Source of the DNA: Octopus sinensis
Lineage: Eukaryota
DNA: 64,000 nucleotides
Direction of reading: 5' to 3'
Assembly (NCBI RefSeq): GCF_006345805.1
Contig: NC_043001.1
Span: 101,556,001-101,620,000, forward strand
Below the pieces are notes generated by a model that was not told the origin of the DNA, did not search any database, and saw only the letters and a program-made list of their open reading frames with translations. Position numbers and translations under genes: made by a program. Shown here piece after piece: positions 12,910 through 24,767 of this stretch (position 1 is its first letter; each line of letters starts with the position of its first letter).

Positions 12910-12915
<6 letters not shown>
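12631..12915. repeat. Perfect inverted repeat, 134-bp arms, 17-nt loop
   Basis: I compared the arms base by base and found no mismatch. The loop is atcgacgcctcctgatg. Confidence 0.97.
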
Positions 12916-12968
<53 letters not shown>

Positions 12969-13039
12969 TATACATATATTATATGTATGTATGTATGTGT
13001 GTATGTATGTATGTATGTATGTATGTATGATTATACATA

Positions 13040-13352
13040 CAGGGTGTGTAAGATATTTGGGGACAGATTTATGTTTATAAAAAAAAACAGACATATAATA
13101 ACAGATAATAACTTTTTTATCAAAAAATGCTATGAGGATAAAAATAATCCTTCTTTTCTATAATGTTATTCAATAAAGCCACCTTCAGCTTCAACAACTG
13201 CTTCTATATGAGATCTAAATCATCTACATCCTTGAATCAAGTTGTCCTGGTTCATTTTGGACATTACTCTGACTATGGCAGCTTTCAAGGAATATTTGGT
13301 GTTATGGCCATGTTCATTGACCTCTCTCTCAACAACGCTCCACATGTAATAG
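13040..13352 (-). mobile_element. Tc1/mariner-superfamily transposase C-terminus plus terminal inverted repeat (copy 1)
   Basis: The minus strand reads LMDYYMWSVVEREVNEHGHNTKYSLKAAIVRVMSKMNQDNLIQGCR*FRSHIEAVVEAEGGFIE*. The end is TA|CAGGGTG at 13038-13046. Confidence 0.8.
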
Positions 13353-13847
13353 TCCATCAAGTGCCAAAAATGAACTTTCTTATCCTCCATTTTAAAGGGT
13401 TACAGAACACAGGTTATAGGAACATAAATCTTCTTCCACGAAAAGATAGATTGAACTGTGCTCTAAATGGAGATGTAGTCAAATCCTATTTTATGGACTA
13501 AGCGATGTTCTAAAATAAGTCGAAATGTAAGCTACTACAAATTGGCACAAACTTTCTGGACAGCCCAATAGTTTGGTTTATTAAGACATGTGTGTACACA
13601 TGGATACACACACACATGCACTTTCTCCCTCTCAAACACATATGCATAGAAATATATATATATGTATATTTCGACATGTGGTGTGAAAATATTTTATGTG
13701 GTTAGATGATTTAGCATCTATTTTTCAGCATATTGGTAAAGAAAATATTTTCCTTTTGCCCTTATTTATAATTGTATATATGTGTGTGTGCGTGTGTGTG
13801 TGTGTGTGTGTATGTGTGTGTGTATATATATATATACATACCATATA

Positions 13848-14417
13848 TATATATGCTGTGCTTGAGAAGACTTGGCAAGCTCAAGTGAGACCATTACCTT
13901 GTGGCCTATGCCAGTGGTGTAACCAGCCCACTTATGCATAACCTTTCCTTCATTGGACACTAAACTCTGCTTGCGAAGACCTGCTGAGGCAAGTGAAATC
14001 GAAATTGAAATCAATTCGATGACTGGCATCCATGCTAGTTGAGTGCTAAGAGTACCATACGAGCATGATCATTGCCAGAGCAACAAGCTGGCCGCCATGC
14101 CAATGGCATGTAAAAAGCACCATTCAAGCGTGATTGTTACCTGCATTGCCTTACTAGCACTTGTGCTGGTGGCATGTGAAAAAACATTCGAGCGAGGTCG
14201 ATGCCAGTGCTGCTGGACTGGCTCCTGTGCAGGTGGCACATAAAAGCACCCACTACACTCTCAGAGTGGTTGGCGTTAGGAAGGACATCCAGCTGTAGAA
14301 ACTCTGCCAGATCAAATTGGAGTCTGGTGCAGCCATCTGTTTGCCAGACCTGTCAAATCGTCAAACTCATGCTAGCATGGAAAGCGGACGTTAAACAATG
14401 ATGATGATGATGATGAT
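13848..14417 (+). mobile_element. RTE-clade LINE 3' end (family C), 5'-truncated (copy 1)
   Basis: Begins with the terminal codons YAVLEKT, homologous to LAILKKT at the end of the RT fragment near 31000. Then UTR subrepeats and ttggcgttaggaagg.catccagctgtagaaac...atgctagcatggaaagcggacgttaaac(gat)n. Confidence 0.8.
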
Positions 14418-14422
14418 ATATA

Positions 14423-14489
<67 letters not shown>

Positions 14490-14550
14490 TTATATGTATG
14501 TATGTATGTGTGTATGTATGTATGTATGTATGTATGTATGATTATACATA

Positions 14551-14863
14551 CAGGGTGTGTAAGATATTTGGGGACAGATTTATGTTTATAAAAAAAAACA
14601 GACATATAATAACAGATAATAACTTTTTTATCAAAAAATGCTATGAGGATAAAAATAATCCTTCTTTTCTATAATGTTATTCAATAAAGCCACCTTCAGC
14701 TTCAACAACTGCTTCTATATGAGATCTAAATCATCTACATCCTTGAATCAAGTTGTCCTGGTTCATTTTGGACATTACTCTGACTATGGCAGCTTTCAAG
14801 GAATATTTGGTGTTATGGCCATGTTCATTGACCTCTCTCTCAACAACGCTCCACATGTAATAG
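14551..14863 (-). mobile_element. Tc1/mariner remnant (duplicate copy 2)
   Basis: Identical to 13040-13352. Confidence 0.8.
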
Positions 14864-15379
14864 TCCATCAAGTGCCAAAAATGAACTTTCTTATCCTCCA
14901 TTTTAAAGGGTTACAGAACACAGGTTATAGGAACATAAATCTTCTTCCACGAAAAGATAGATTGAACTGTGCTCTAAATGGAGATGTAGTCAAATCCTAT
15001 TTTATGGACTAAGCGATGTTCTAAAATAAGTCGAAATGTAAGCTACTACAAATTGGCACAAACTTTCTGGACAGCCCAATAGTTTGGTTTATTAAGACAT
15101 GTGTGTACACATGGATACACACACACATGCACTTTCTCCCTCTCAAACACATATGCATAGAAATATATATATATGTATATTTCGACATGTGGTGTAATGA
15201 TATAAGTGAAAATATTTTATGTGGTTAGATGATTTAGCATCTATTTTTCAGCATATTGGTAAAGAAAATATTTTCCTTTTGCCCTTATTTATAATTGTAT
15301 ATATGTGTGTGTGTGCGTGCGTGTGTGTGTGTGTGTGTATGTGTGTGTGTATATATATATATACATACACATATATATA

Positions 15380-15943
15380 TATGCTGTGCTTGAGAAGACT
15401 TGGCAAGCTCAAGTGAGACCATTACCTTGTGGCCTATGCCAGTGGTGTAACCAGCCCACTTATGCATAACCTTTCCTTCATTGGACACTAAACTCTGCTT
15501 GCGAAGACCTGCTGAGGCAAGTGAAATCGAAATTGAAATCAAATTCGATGACTGGCATCCATGCTAGTTGAGTGCTAAGAGTACCATACGAGCATGATCA
15601 TTGCCAGAGCAACAAGCTGGCCGCCATGCCAATGGCATGTAAAAAGCACCATTCAAGCGTGATTGTTACCTGCATTGCCTTACTGGCACTTGTGCTGGTG
15701 GCATGTGAAAAAACATTCGAGCGAGGTCGATGCCAGTGCTGCTGGACTGGCTCCTGTGCAGGTGGCACATAAAAGCACCCACTACACTCTCAGAGTGGTT
15801 GGCGTTAGGAAGGACATCCAGCTGTAGAAACTCTGCCAGATCAAATTGGAGTCTGGTGCAGCCATCTGGTTTGCCAGACCTGTCAAATCGTCAAACTCAT
15901 GCTAGCATGGAAAGCGGACGTTAAACAATGATGATGATGATGA

Positions 15944-15947
<4 letters not shown>
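15380..15947 (+). mobile_element. RTE-clade LINE 3' end (duplicate copy 2)
   Basis: Duplicate of 13848-14417. Confidence 0.8.
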
Positions 15948-15992
<45 letters not shown>

Positions 15993-15993
15993 T

Positions 15994-16293
15994 AAAAATA
16001 AATATAAGAGAATGGTCACTATGCGGCTCATTCTAGCACTAGAAAATCCAAAAGGTTTCAACCACAAAAATACATGTTTCCCGTGAAAGTCAGTACGATT
16101 GTTAGCTCACACGAACAGGGCAAATAAAAAATAACAAAAATACAGATTATTTTGGGACAATTGTTTCGCTATTAATGTTTCACGGGAAACATGTATTTTT
16201 GTGGTTGAAACATGTATTTTTGTGGTTGAAACCTTTTGGATTTTCTAGTGCTAGAATGAGCCACATAGTGACCATTCTCTTATATTTATTTTT
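15994..16293. repeat. Inverted repeat, 95-bp arms, 89-nt spacer containing an HHR 3' half
   Basis: Arms are 15994-16088 and 16178-16293. The right arm has a 21-nt tandem duplication and one substitution. The spacer carries minus-strand GAAAC-AATT-GTC at 16156-16167. Confidence 0.92.
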
Positions 16294-16404
16294 GTATAAA
16301 ATATTATAATATATAATAAAATATTATAATAATCCAGGTTTCTCGTAGCACTGGGCCACTTGGTGTTCAATAGATATAGTATCTAATTCTCTCACCCTTA
16401 TTAA

Positions 16405-16448
<44 letters not shown>

Positions 16449-16454
16449 GAAAAG

Positions 16455-16900
16455 ATTCAGGGTCAACAAGGAGTATTGTTGGACATCTATTTTATAATCA
16501 CTACAATTGTTTCCATGCAAAGTAGTTCTCCAGGCATGCAGGTACTTGATTATGTAACAGTTTTCCTGCATTATGAGATCTAGTTGTGTTTCCTCAGGTG
16601 TTATGTAAATACTGTCTCTGTAAGTTTAAAATCCTCGGCTTCAAGAACATCCTATCTGTCTGTTGTGGCCTGAATTTAGTAGTAGGCTCTGAGTTTATTA
16701 GAGTGTGTTGTTGCTGAAGGGTCGTTCACAAACTACTTTGAATGTGTAGATGTAGTGGGATGGTGATTCTGCTACTGTTAAAGTGGTGGCCATTCTAAAG
16801 GGATTGGCATTTGATCTCTTTGTATTGCTGATTTGTTCTTCATGGTTGGTTACACATGTGATTGCCCTTAGCTGACCTTTAAGAATCGGCCCATACACAT
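16455..16900 (-). mobile_element. Probable PLE 3' remnant with a decayed HHR
   Basis: The minus strand has weak GIY-YIG C-terminal-like pieces (SHYIYTFKVVC; LKPRILNLQ). Downstream on the same strand lies catgc...gcatg-GAAAC-AATT-GTA-gtgattat with ataatca upstream, but no intact CUGANGA. Confidence 0.45.
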
Positions 16901-17392
16901 AGATGATCGTTCACATATACATCCATATACATGCTAACACTCAGACACACACACACACACATGCACACACACACACACATACATATATATATTTTTATGT
17001 ATATACGTATACATGTATAAATATATATATATATATATGCATATATATATATATATAAATATATATATGCATATATATATGCATACGTCAATGTACATAT
17101 TTACATCTATACATATATACATATGCATATGTGGCACAGGATGTCAAGAAACATGTACAAAAAACAAAAAAAATACAAAGTACATAGAATATGAACTATT
17201 TTTTCGAACAATGAAAAGCACAAATGGAAAACAAAACAAACAACACAAAGAACGACCCTTCATGAATTGTTGGCCGTTTTTCTACTCTCATGTTTCGAGC
17301 ATAAAATGAAGTAACATTTCATTAATAAATAATCATTAACTTTCTACTCTCCATTTTCTTTTCTTCTATGAAATGAATTCAGATTATGTAGT

Positions 17393-17443
<51 letters not shown>

Positions 17444-17824
17444 TGTGTGTTTGTGTGTGTGGATGTATACACACACACACACATATATATATATAGAGAG
17501 AGAGAGAAGTAGAAGAGAGAGAGAGAGAAATAGTTAGTAAAAGGCATGAAAGCATAAATTTTACATATGATTCATAATTTAATTAGTTTTGACAGCTTTT
17601 TCAATAGAGTAAAAACATTATTTCTATAATTATATAATTAACATACATAATTAATTCACTTAAAAGTGATGGATTACCCATTTCCTAGGGAGAGGAGAAG
17701 CTATTTTCAATCTCTTTTAAAGTCTCTACTCTCTCTCCAAACATCTAACAAAATGGACATGTTGTACACCCATGAAACTTTAAGTAATGTGGAACTGTTA
17801 ATATATGTATGTATGTATATGAAA

Positions 17825-17955
17825 GTAGGTGACCTAGAGGTTAGGGTATCACACAGTTGCCAGATCATGAGTTCAATTTGCAGACCAGGCTATGCATGGT
17901 GTTCTTGAGCAAAACACCTCGTTTCATGTTGCTCCAGTCCACTCAGCTGTAAACG
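17825..17955 (+). mobile_element. tRNA-type SINE 5' part
   Basis: gtgacctagaggttaggg...gagttcaatttgcagacc (A/B-box-like), then ttgagcaaaacacc...gttgctccagtccactcagctg, similar to the head of 9005-9330. Confidence 0.6.
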
Positions 17956-18315
17956 AATCAGTCAAAGAGTTAAGGAAAAAATTCTAAATTTGAAACCAAA
18001 CTCAAGGATTGAAAGTCTTTAAAGTAAACCAAGGAAAGACAAAAACTCCAAGTAGCAAGGTAGAATCTACAGCAAATATGGGAATGGCAGAGCAAAAGAA
18101 GAAACAGTTAAGAATTCCTTGGCCAGAATAATCAGGGAAGTGTTAGATAGCCGAAATGAATGAATAACATGAATAAATGTAGGCTGCAGGTAGTAAACCC
18201 ACTATGCATGCAAGACTGCAGGAGTTCCAACAAAATCTGTGATAAAGAGAAATAACATATATATACATATATATAACAGTTGGATTCAAACTCTTAGGTA
18301 CTTTGAGTTTTAAGT

Positions 18316-18515
18316 GTGTCACTAGTCTTTGGTCATTGGAGTTTGAATGAGAGTTCGATTGAAGAGACTATTGTTGACTGGGCACTACCATATTCAACCA
18401 GTGGCCTTAATTGCCAGCTCTGCCTCCATGAAAAACTGCTTATCCTCTATCATCCTGCAGCAACCATCAACAAGAAATATGAGATATCATATTGCCGTCA
18501 CCAGAGTTACGATTT
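18316..18515 (+). mobile_element. PLE GIY-YIG C-terminal remnant
   Basis: HWSLNESSIEETIVDWALPYSTSGLNCQLCLHEKLLILYHPAATINKKYEISYCRHQ matches the PLE C-terminal pattern W.L......I.W.I...A.PY...C.LCL.EK..I...LNK..E....CRH. Confidence 0.75.
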
Positions 18516-19129
18516 TCTGGTAAATGGCATGTGTGTGTGTGTGTATGTATGGATGCATACACACAGATATATGTATATACTCCCACATCTGATAAAAATT
18601 GCAGCTACGATTCATTCTGAAAGTAGAACACATCAGAGCATCAGAGAAAAGCTTTTCCCGAATCCTCCAGCCATTTTCACCTCAAAACAAACAAAGCCAC
18701 ATTTTCACTGGAATTTCTTCAATAAGTCTTTTACATAATCTTCAATTTTGGCCTTGAATTGTTACGTGTTTTGTGGTCACACTTAACGAAGCATTCAAGT
18801 CAATTTCTCTTACATATAAATGGTTAATCTGTGTGGAAAGATGATCAGTGTACGCAATCTAAATACCATGTGCTATTTAGTGCCATCTCAGCCTCCCACC
18901 CCTTGTACCTAGATTAGCTACATGTTTCTTCATCAATTTGAAGAAAGAATGAGGAACTAACGAAACAACTGGAATCGGTCTAAGAGTGTCTGAAACCAAT
19001 ACAAGAATAACAGACTAAAAAGAATCAAATTTGTACTGATACAGGAAAACACAATACAAACTCACTCATAGACTTACTTCTATAAAAACACCACTGCACA
19101 CACACACACAAGTACCAGTGCTAGTGCCA

Positions 19130-19395
19130 TGTGAAAGGTACGAGTGCTGGTATCACGTATAAAGCAGCCATGTTGGAACCATGAAAAACCTTTGGTGCTG
19201 GTGCCATGTAAAAACACTGGTGCCAGTTCCCTGTAAAAAGTACCCAATGCCATCTCTAAAGCTAAAATTAGGAAGGGCATCCAACCGTAGAAACTTTACC
19301 AAGACAGACTATAGAACACAGTATGACTCCTGGACCTGCCAGATCCTGTCAAACCATCCAATCACACTAGTTTAAGTATGATGATGATGATGATG
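19130..19395 (+). mobile_element. RTE 3' end (family C), diverged
   Basis: Subrepeats with gtgctggtgccatgtaaaa, then ttaggaagggcatccaaccgtagaaac and a (gat)n tail. Confidence 0.7.
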
Positions 19396-19724
19396 AGAGG
19401 AGGAGGAGGAGGATCTGATATATAAGACATAGTTTAATCACTTTTAAGTATTTGAGTATTTAAGGACAAAAGGCACAACCAAATACAGCCAGTCCTCACT
19501 GTAAAGTGGTCGGTGACAGGGATGGCATCCGACTGTAACGAACACAGCAAATACAAAGGAAAGAACAAGTGGATTGTAAACAGACAACCTGTTTGGCAAG
19601 AGTGGTCACTCCAAATATGAACATAATTGTTATGGAAAAGCTCTCAAGAGCTCTAGTGCCAGCGGCTTGATATAAATGGATCAAGGCTGAAGCTCTAACG
19701 TGATTGGTGATGCTAAAACCAGAT

Positions 19725-19765
<41 letters not shown>

Positions 19766-19960
19766 GTTACAGAGAGATTGACAATTTTGTTCTGCTGGTG
19801 CCAGATGACAAAGGGCCATAGCAGGATGGGAGATTGTCAGCACAGTCTATCCATGCAAAGAGACCACAATCATCACCATGATCAAGATTGTGGTGATGAC
19901 AATGACAATAGCAGCACATATATATGCACACACATTTAGGCACATTGTATATAGGTGTAT

Positions 19961-19991
<31 letters not shown>

Positions 19992-20048
19992 CCATTAATA
20001 TGATTATCATCATCATCAATATATTCAATATATATATATATAATATAA

Positions 20049-20112
<64 letters not shown>

Positions 20113-20114
20113 TT

Positions 20115-20248
20115 ATGGTTGGCGTTAGGAAGGGCATCCAGCTGTAGAAACAATGCCAGATCAGACTGGAGCCTGGTGCAGCCTCCTGGTTTCCCAGACC
20201 CTGGTCAAACTGTCCAACCCATGCTAGTATGGAAAACGGACGTTATGC

Positions 20249-20281
<33 letters not shown>
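20115..20281 (+). mobile_element. RTE 3' end (family C), short
   Basis: ggttggcgttaggaagggcatccagctgtagaaac...atgctagtatggaaaacggacgtt(gat)n. Confidence 0.85.
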
Positions 20282-20996
20282 ATATAGAGAGAGAAAAAGA
20301 GAAGGAAATGGACAGATTGACAGGTAAGTAGGTAGATAGATAGATAGATAGATAGATAAAGAGAGGGATGTATACAATCTGTCACCCACATACATGCACA
20401 TCTACATACACACACACACATATGCATGTTTGTGTGTCTGTAAATATATACATCTTCATATACATTCCTATACACACATGAATAAGCATTCTCTCTCGCA
20501 TTCATGCGTGCATGTGTGATGGTCTATATAAGCGTATGGGTGTGAGTGTATATTAGTTTTCCTCTTATTCGGATGTACTTCTGTGAGCTTGCATGCATCT
20601 ATATTGATGTGCAAGTGTGTGCCTACTTAACCAAACAAGCAAGCACTGTGATAGAGTCCCTAACCTGTACCTTCTTTCTGTTCTTCGTACTTAACCACTC
20701 ACCTACCACTTCCTCCATGTTGCCAGATAATCTTCTGATAGCGAAGGAAATCAGGAAACATAAACAGAGTGAAATGTATTTGAGAAAAGATGGTAAATTA
20801 AGTTAAAACATCATGACATCATCATGTAAGGCATCCATTAATAGCCGAGACTCTTATACATGCGTACATAACGTGTGTGTGTATGTGAGTACATAGATAC
20901 ACACACACATATATATCTATCTATCTATCTATATATATATATATATGTATATATATACACATATAAATATATATTCATACGTATATGTGAATATAT

Positions 20997-21052
<56 letters not shown>

Positions 21053-21129
21053 TATATAATATATATATATATATTCATATATATATTCATATATAAAAAT
21101 ATATGTATATATAAATGTATATATGTGCG

Positions 21130-21164
<35 letters not shown>

Positions 21165-21699
21165 ATAATATATCTGTGTGTGTACGTATATGTATGTATG
21201 TGTATATATGTATGTGTGCATGTGCATGTATGTATACTGTGAACTTTATATATGTGAATTGGTGTGCTTGTTATTATTTGGTTTTTAGTACATGTATTCT
21301 TTTTTCATCCTATCATGATTTTATCTCTACATTAACGAGTTGATTGGTTTGTAAGTATTCTTTATTATTTTATTTTGGTATTTTTGATTATTTTTGATTA
21401 TTTTTCACAATTTCATTTATGTATTTGTCTGCTTTTATCAAATTTTGGTGCAGTTAAAGGAGGAGGGTGTGGCACTTAAGCAATTATTAAATTGCAACAA
21501 GCAGTCAGATTGTCAGGGGAAATTATAAGAACATTTCAACTATGTTCCTCACTGTTGCAACTATATCCCTCTGTTAAATCAGTAATCACAGGGGCTGGTT
21601 GTGGATTATTCTGTGTGGGGTAACATATGAGATGGTTTACTAAACTTAGTAATAATATGTTTTGCACATTCAGGTAACCAATTCTGAGAACTGGTTTCG

Positions 21700-22026
21700 T
21701 CGTCTTACCAGCATGTGAAAAACAACATTAAAGCATGGTCATTACCAGTGCTGCTGGATTGGCTCCCATGCAGGTAACACGTAAAAACACCTCTGAGTAT
21801 GGTTATTGCCAGAACTGACTGACTGGCCCTCATGCTGGTGGCACATAAAAGCACACACTACACTCTTGGAGTGGTTGACATTGGGAAGGGTATCCAGCTG
21901 TAGAAACTTTGCTAGATCAGATTGAGCCTGGTGCAGCCTTCTGGCTTACCAGTCCTCAGTCAAACCGTCCAACCCATGCCAGCATGGAAAGCAGATGTCA
22001 AATGATGATGATGATGATGATGATGA
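21700..22026 (+). mobile_element. RTE 3' end (family C)
   Basis: Same subrepeats, core and (gat)n tail as the other family C copies. Confidence 0.8.
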
Positions 22027-22541
22027 TTCGAAAGCATGATTCGAAACAGCATTTACTCACCTGTACAGCAGTATGTGTTGTTAGAAGTGCCAGCAAGAAG
22101 CAAAAGTCTAAGACAAATAATTGAACTGTGGCATATTTTGGATTTGATTGACTGTAAGTTTGAGAGATTCCTAACAACACGTGGATCAGTGCAGTTTGAC
22201 AGGAACCAACATAGAGTCTCAACTCAAACATGTCAAGTGGAACTTGGGACTTATTTCACTATTATTGCACTGAACTAGTGTAATCTAGAAGGTTATACAA
22301 TCACCTGTAATTAATGAAAGTTGGCTTCCTTATTATAACAGAAGCCAAGGTAGATTGTTGGCACTGGCTAGCTTTTAGTTTTGACTTGTTTCAGCCATTA
22401 GACTGTGGCCATTCTGGGGCACCACCTTGAAGAATTTTTTAGTCAAATGAATTGATCCCAGCAGTTTTCCAACAAGCACAGACTCAAAGACACACACACA
22501 TAGATATATCACATAGATATATCATATATATATATATACAC

Positions 22542-22672
22542 TCAAAATAAGCAACAAGTATATCCAAAGTAGAGTAGTACAATTGTTTCATGCTACTTAA
22601 TTTTATTAAACACTGAAGTAGCATGAAACAATTGTACTACTCTACCTTGGATATCCTTGTTGCTTATTTTGA
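22542..22672. repeat. Fold-back hairpin, 57-bp arms, 17-nt loop, built from an HHR-family 3' end
   Basis: Arms 22542-22598 and 22616-22672 differ at 2 positions. The right arm has gtagcat-GAAAC-AATT-GTA and the tail ggatatccttgttgcttattttga shared with 33690-33720 and 61898-61925. Confidence 0.92.
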
Positions 22673-22697
22673 TTATAATCACCCCATTTGATTTATT

Positions 22698-23097
22698 TAC
22701 TCTTTTACTCTTTTACTCTTTTACTTGTTTCAGTCATTTGACTGCGGCCATGCTGGAGCACCGCCTTTAGTCGAGCAAATCGACCCCGGGACTTATTCTT
22801 TGTAAGCCCAGTACTTACTCTATCGGTCTCTTTTGCCGAACCGCTAAGTGACGGGGACGTAAACACACCAGCATCGGTTGTCAATCAATGCTAGGTGGAC
22901 AAACACAGACACACAAACATATACACACACACTTATATATATATACATATATACGACGGGCTTCTTTCAGTTTCCATCTACCAAATCCATTCACAAGGCA
23001 TTGGTCGGCCCGAGGCTATAGCAGAAGACACTTGCCCAAGATGCCACGCAGTGGGACTGAACCCAGAACCATGTGGTTGGTAAGCAAGCTACTTACC
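22698..23097 (-). mobile_element. SINE family B, young, near full length
   Basis: Near-identical to 50749-51167 and 59081-59480. tRNA-like head (gtaagtagcttgct...ggttc.gggttcagtccc), conserved cttgggcaagtgtcttct block, internal SSR and (aaagagta)n tail. Confidence 0.9.
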
Positions 23098-23184
23098 GGA
23101 TAATACCATACAAAATTCTGGTGCCTTTGACTTAAGTACCATATTCATCTGAATCTAAATTTTGCTGAACTTATATATATATAT

Positions 23185-23380
23185 ATATATATCTCATATA
23201 TATATATAGATGTACACACATGCATATGACAGGCTTCTTTCAGTTTCTGTCTACCAAATCCACTCACAGGGCTTTGGTCGACTTGAAACAATAATAGAAG
23301 ACACTTGCCCCAGATGCTATACAGTGGGATTGAACCTGGAACCATGTGGTTGGGAAGCAAACTTCCTAACCACACATCCA
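23185..23380 (-). mobile_element. SINE family B 5' half
   Basis: ggcttctttcagtttctgtctaccaaatccactcaca...gaagacacttgccc...ggaaccatgtggttgggaagcaaac. Confidence 0.8.
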
Positions 23381-23839
23381 CACCTGTATATAAAGTTATT
23401 TCATAAACAAGTGACAGCAAGGGTGATTGATGCTAAATTGCTGTGAATATTGTAGGCTTGAAACTGTAACTTTACCCTTTGGTTGATTATTGTAATATAA
23501 AGCAGAAGTAAAGAGGAGATAAGTGTACCATGGTTTTGCAATATACAGTAAGTCGGTGTTGAGAAATATTTGCCAAGCATCTGTGATATTGGATTAGCAA
23601 CTCACGTGTTGTAAGTTCATAGCAATTTATTCTATCCATGAGCAATATACTTAATTCTACCATTCTGGCTCTGATTACTGAGCTAGAAGATAACTGACCA
23701 ACATACATCTCAGGGGAAAGATTTTTATATGATTAATTTGACTCTAAAACTATTTGGTTCTGTCTTGTGTACTAAAAAGCTATTCAGGCAAATAATATTG
23801 GTCTCTCTCATACATTTTATTAATTAATAATTCCATCCG

Positions 23840-24054
23840 AAGTTGGTGCTGAGCTGGCAGACTCATTAGCATGCCAGGCAAAAAGCTTAGCAACATTCTG
23901 TTCATCTTCGTGTTCTAAGTTCAAATTCCGCTGAGGTCAACTTTGCCTTTCATCTATTTGGGGTCAATAAAAGAAGTACCAGTTGAACACTGGGGTCGAT
24001 GTAACTGACTTTCCCCGTCCCCCGATATTGCTGGCCTCCTACCAAAATTTGAAA
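23840..24054 (+). mobile_element. SINE family A, near complete
   Basis: gagctggcaga (A-box-like), gttcaaattcc (B-box-like), then the family A body and 3' end ccaaaatttgaaa. Confidence 0.85.
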
Positions 24055-24767
24055 TGAGTAATTCCATACAAACGAAATGTACAAGAGAGAAAAACTCTTT
24101 TATTATCAGATCAACTTCCTGTGACTGTGTGTTTGTGATTATGTATGTGTATGTGTTTTTGTGCATGATTGTGTGCTGTATGCATGTGTGTGTGTGTGTG
24201 TTGCATGTGAAGCTTTTCAGAATTTGCAAGACTTTATTTCCTGACTGAAATGTCATTTCTAGGAGACATGTGTACACAATGTCTCAGCAACCATAAGCAT
24301 TGGGTATTCATTGAAAAATTAATCAATAATTTGCCAAACATCACTTTTCATTTGTCAGAAGGTTGCAATGATACAGATGTAGATCTGAACTTGTCAACCA
24401 TTTCTAATAAGTGTTGATCAACTTGAGATAAACAGGTGGAGATTGGAAAGAGAAAAATTGCATTGCCAGTTTCTAAAAAAAAACACAAGATAGCTGGAGA
24501 ATGAGAATGAGTCATCTCTTGGATAAGGCAATGATGCAGAAATAAATACCCGAATGGGGTTTAATAAAATAAGGTTTTCCCCACTTCTAAGTGAAGTTGA
24601 AGAACCAACACGGTTTGATGCTACAAGAGACATTTCAATGCAAAATAGTTTTAAACGAGTTCCACCTTCAACTCGAGTTGCAGCTACTTTTGTAAATGGA
24701 TCAGATTCCAAACTTGACTGTCTCTGTTGTTTCAATGAGACAAAAATTTTAAGCACTTTGCTGAACA

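Larger units (their letters stand above)
12331..12915 (-). mobile_element. Hammerhead-bearing 356-nt partial-tandem unit (retrozyme or PLE pseudo-LTR-like) with a 5' fold-back
   Basis: Direct repeat 12331-12424 versus 12687-12780 (94 nt, 4 transitions, period 356). HHR at 12497-12553. Perfect inverted arms 12631-12764 and 12782-12915. No coding capacity seen. Confidence 0.75.
12916..15990. repeat. Near-identical tandem duplication, unit about 1511-1530 bp, junctions in (TA)n
   Basis: ORFs 13163/14674 are identical (offset 1511), as are 14043/15572 (offset 1529). Differences are one 12-nt indel, SSR length changes, a few 1-nt indels and rare substitutions. Confidence 0.95.

Noticed and set aside
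13163-13501. 112-aa plus-strand ORF present twice
   Set aside because: It is the antisense frame of the Tc1/mariner remnant, duplicated with the 1.5-kb unit, and not a gene pair.
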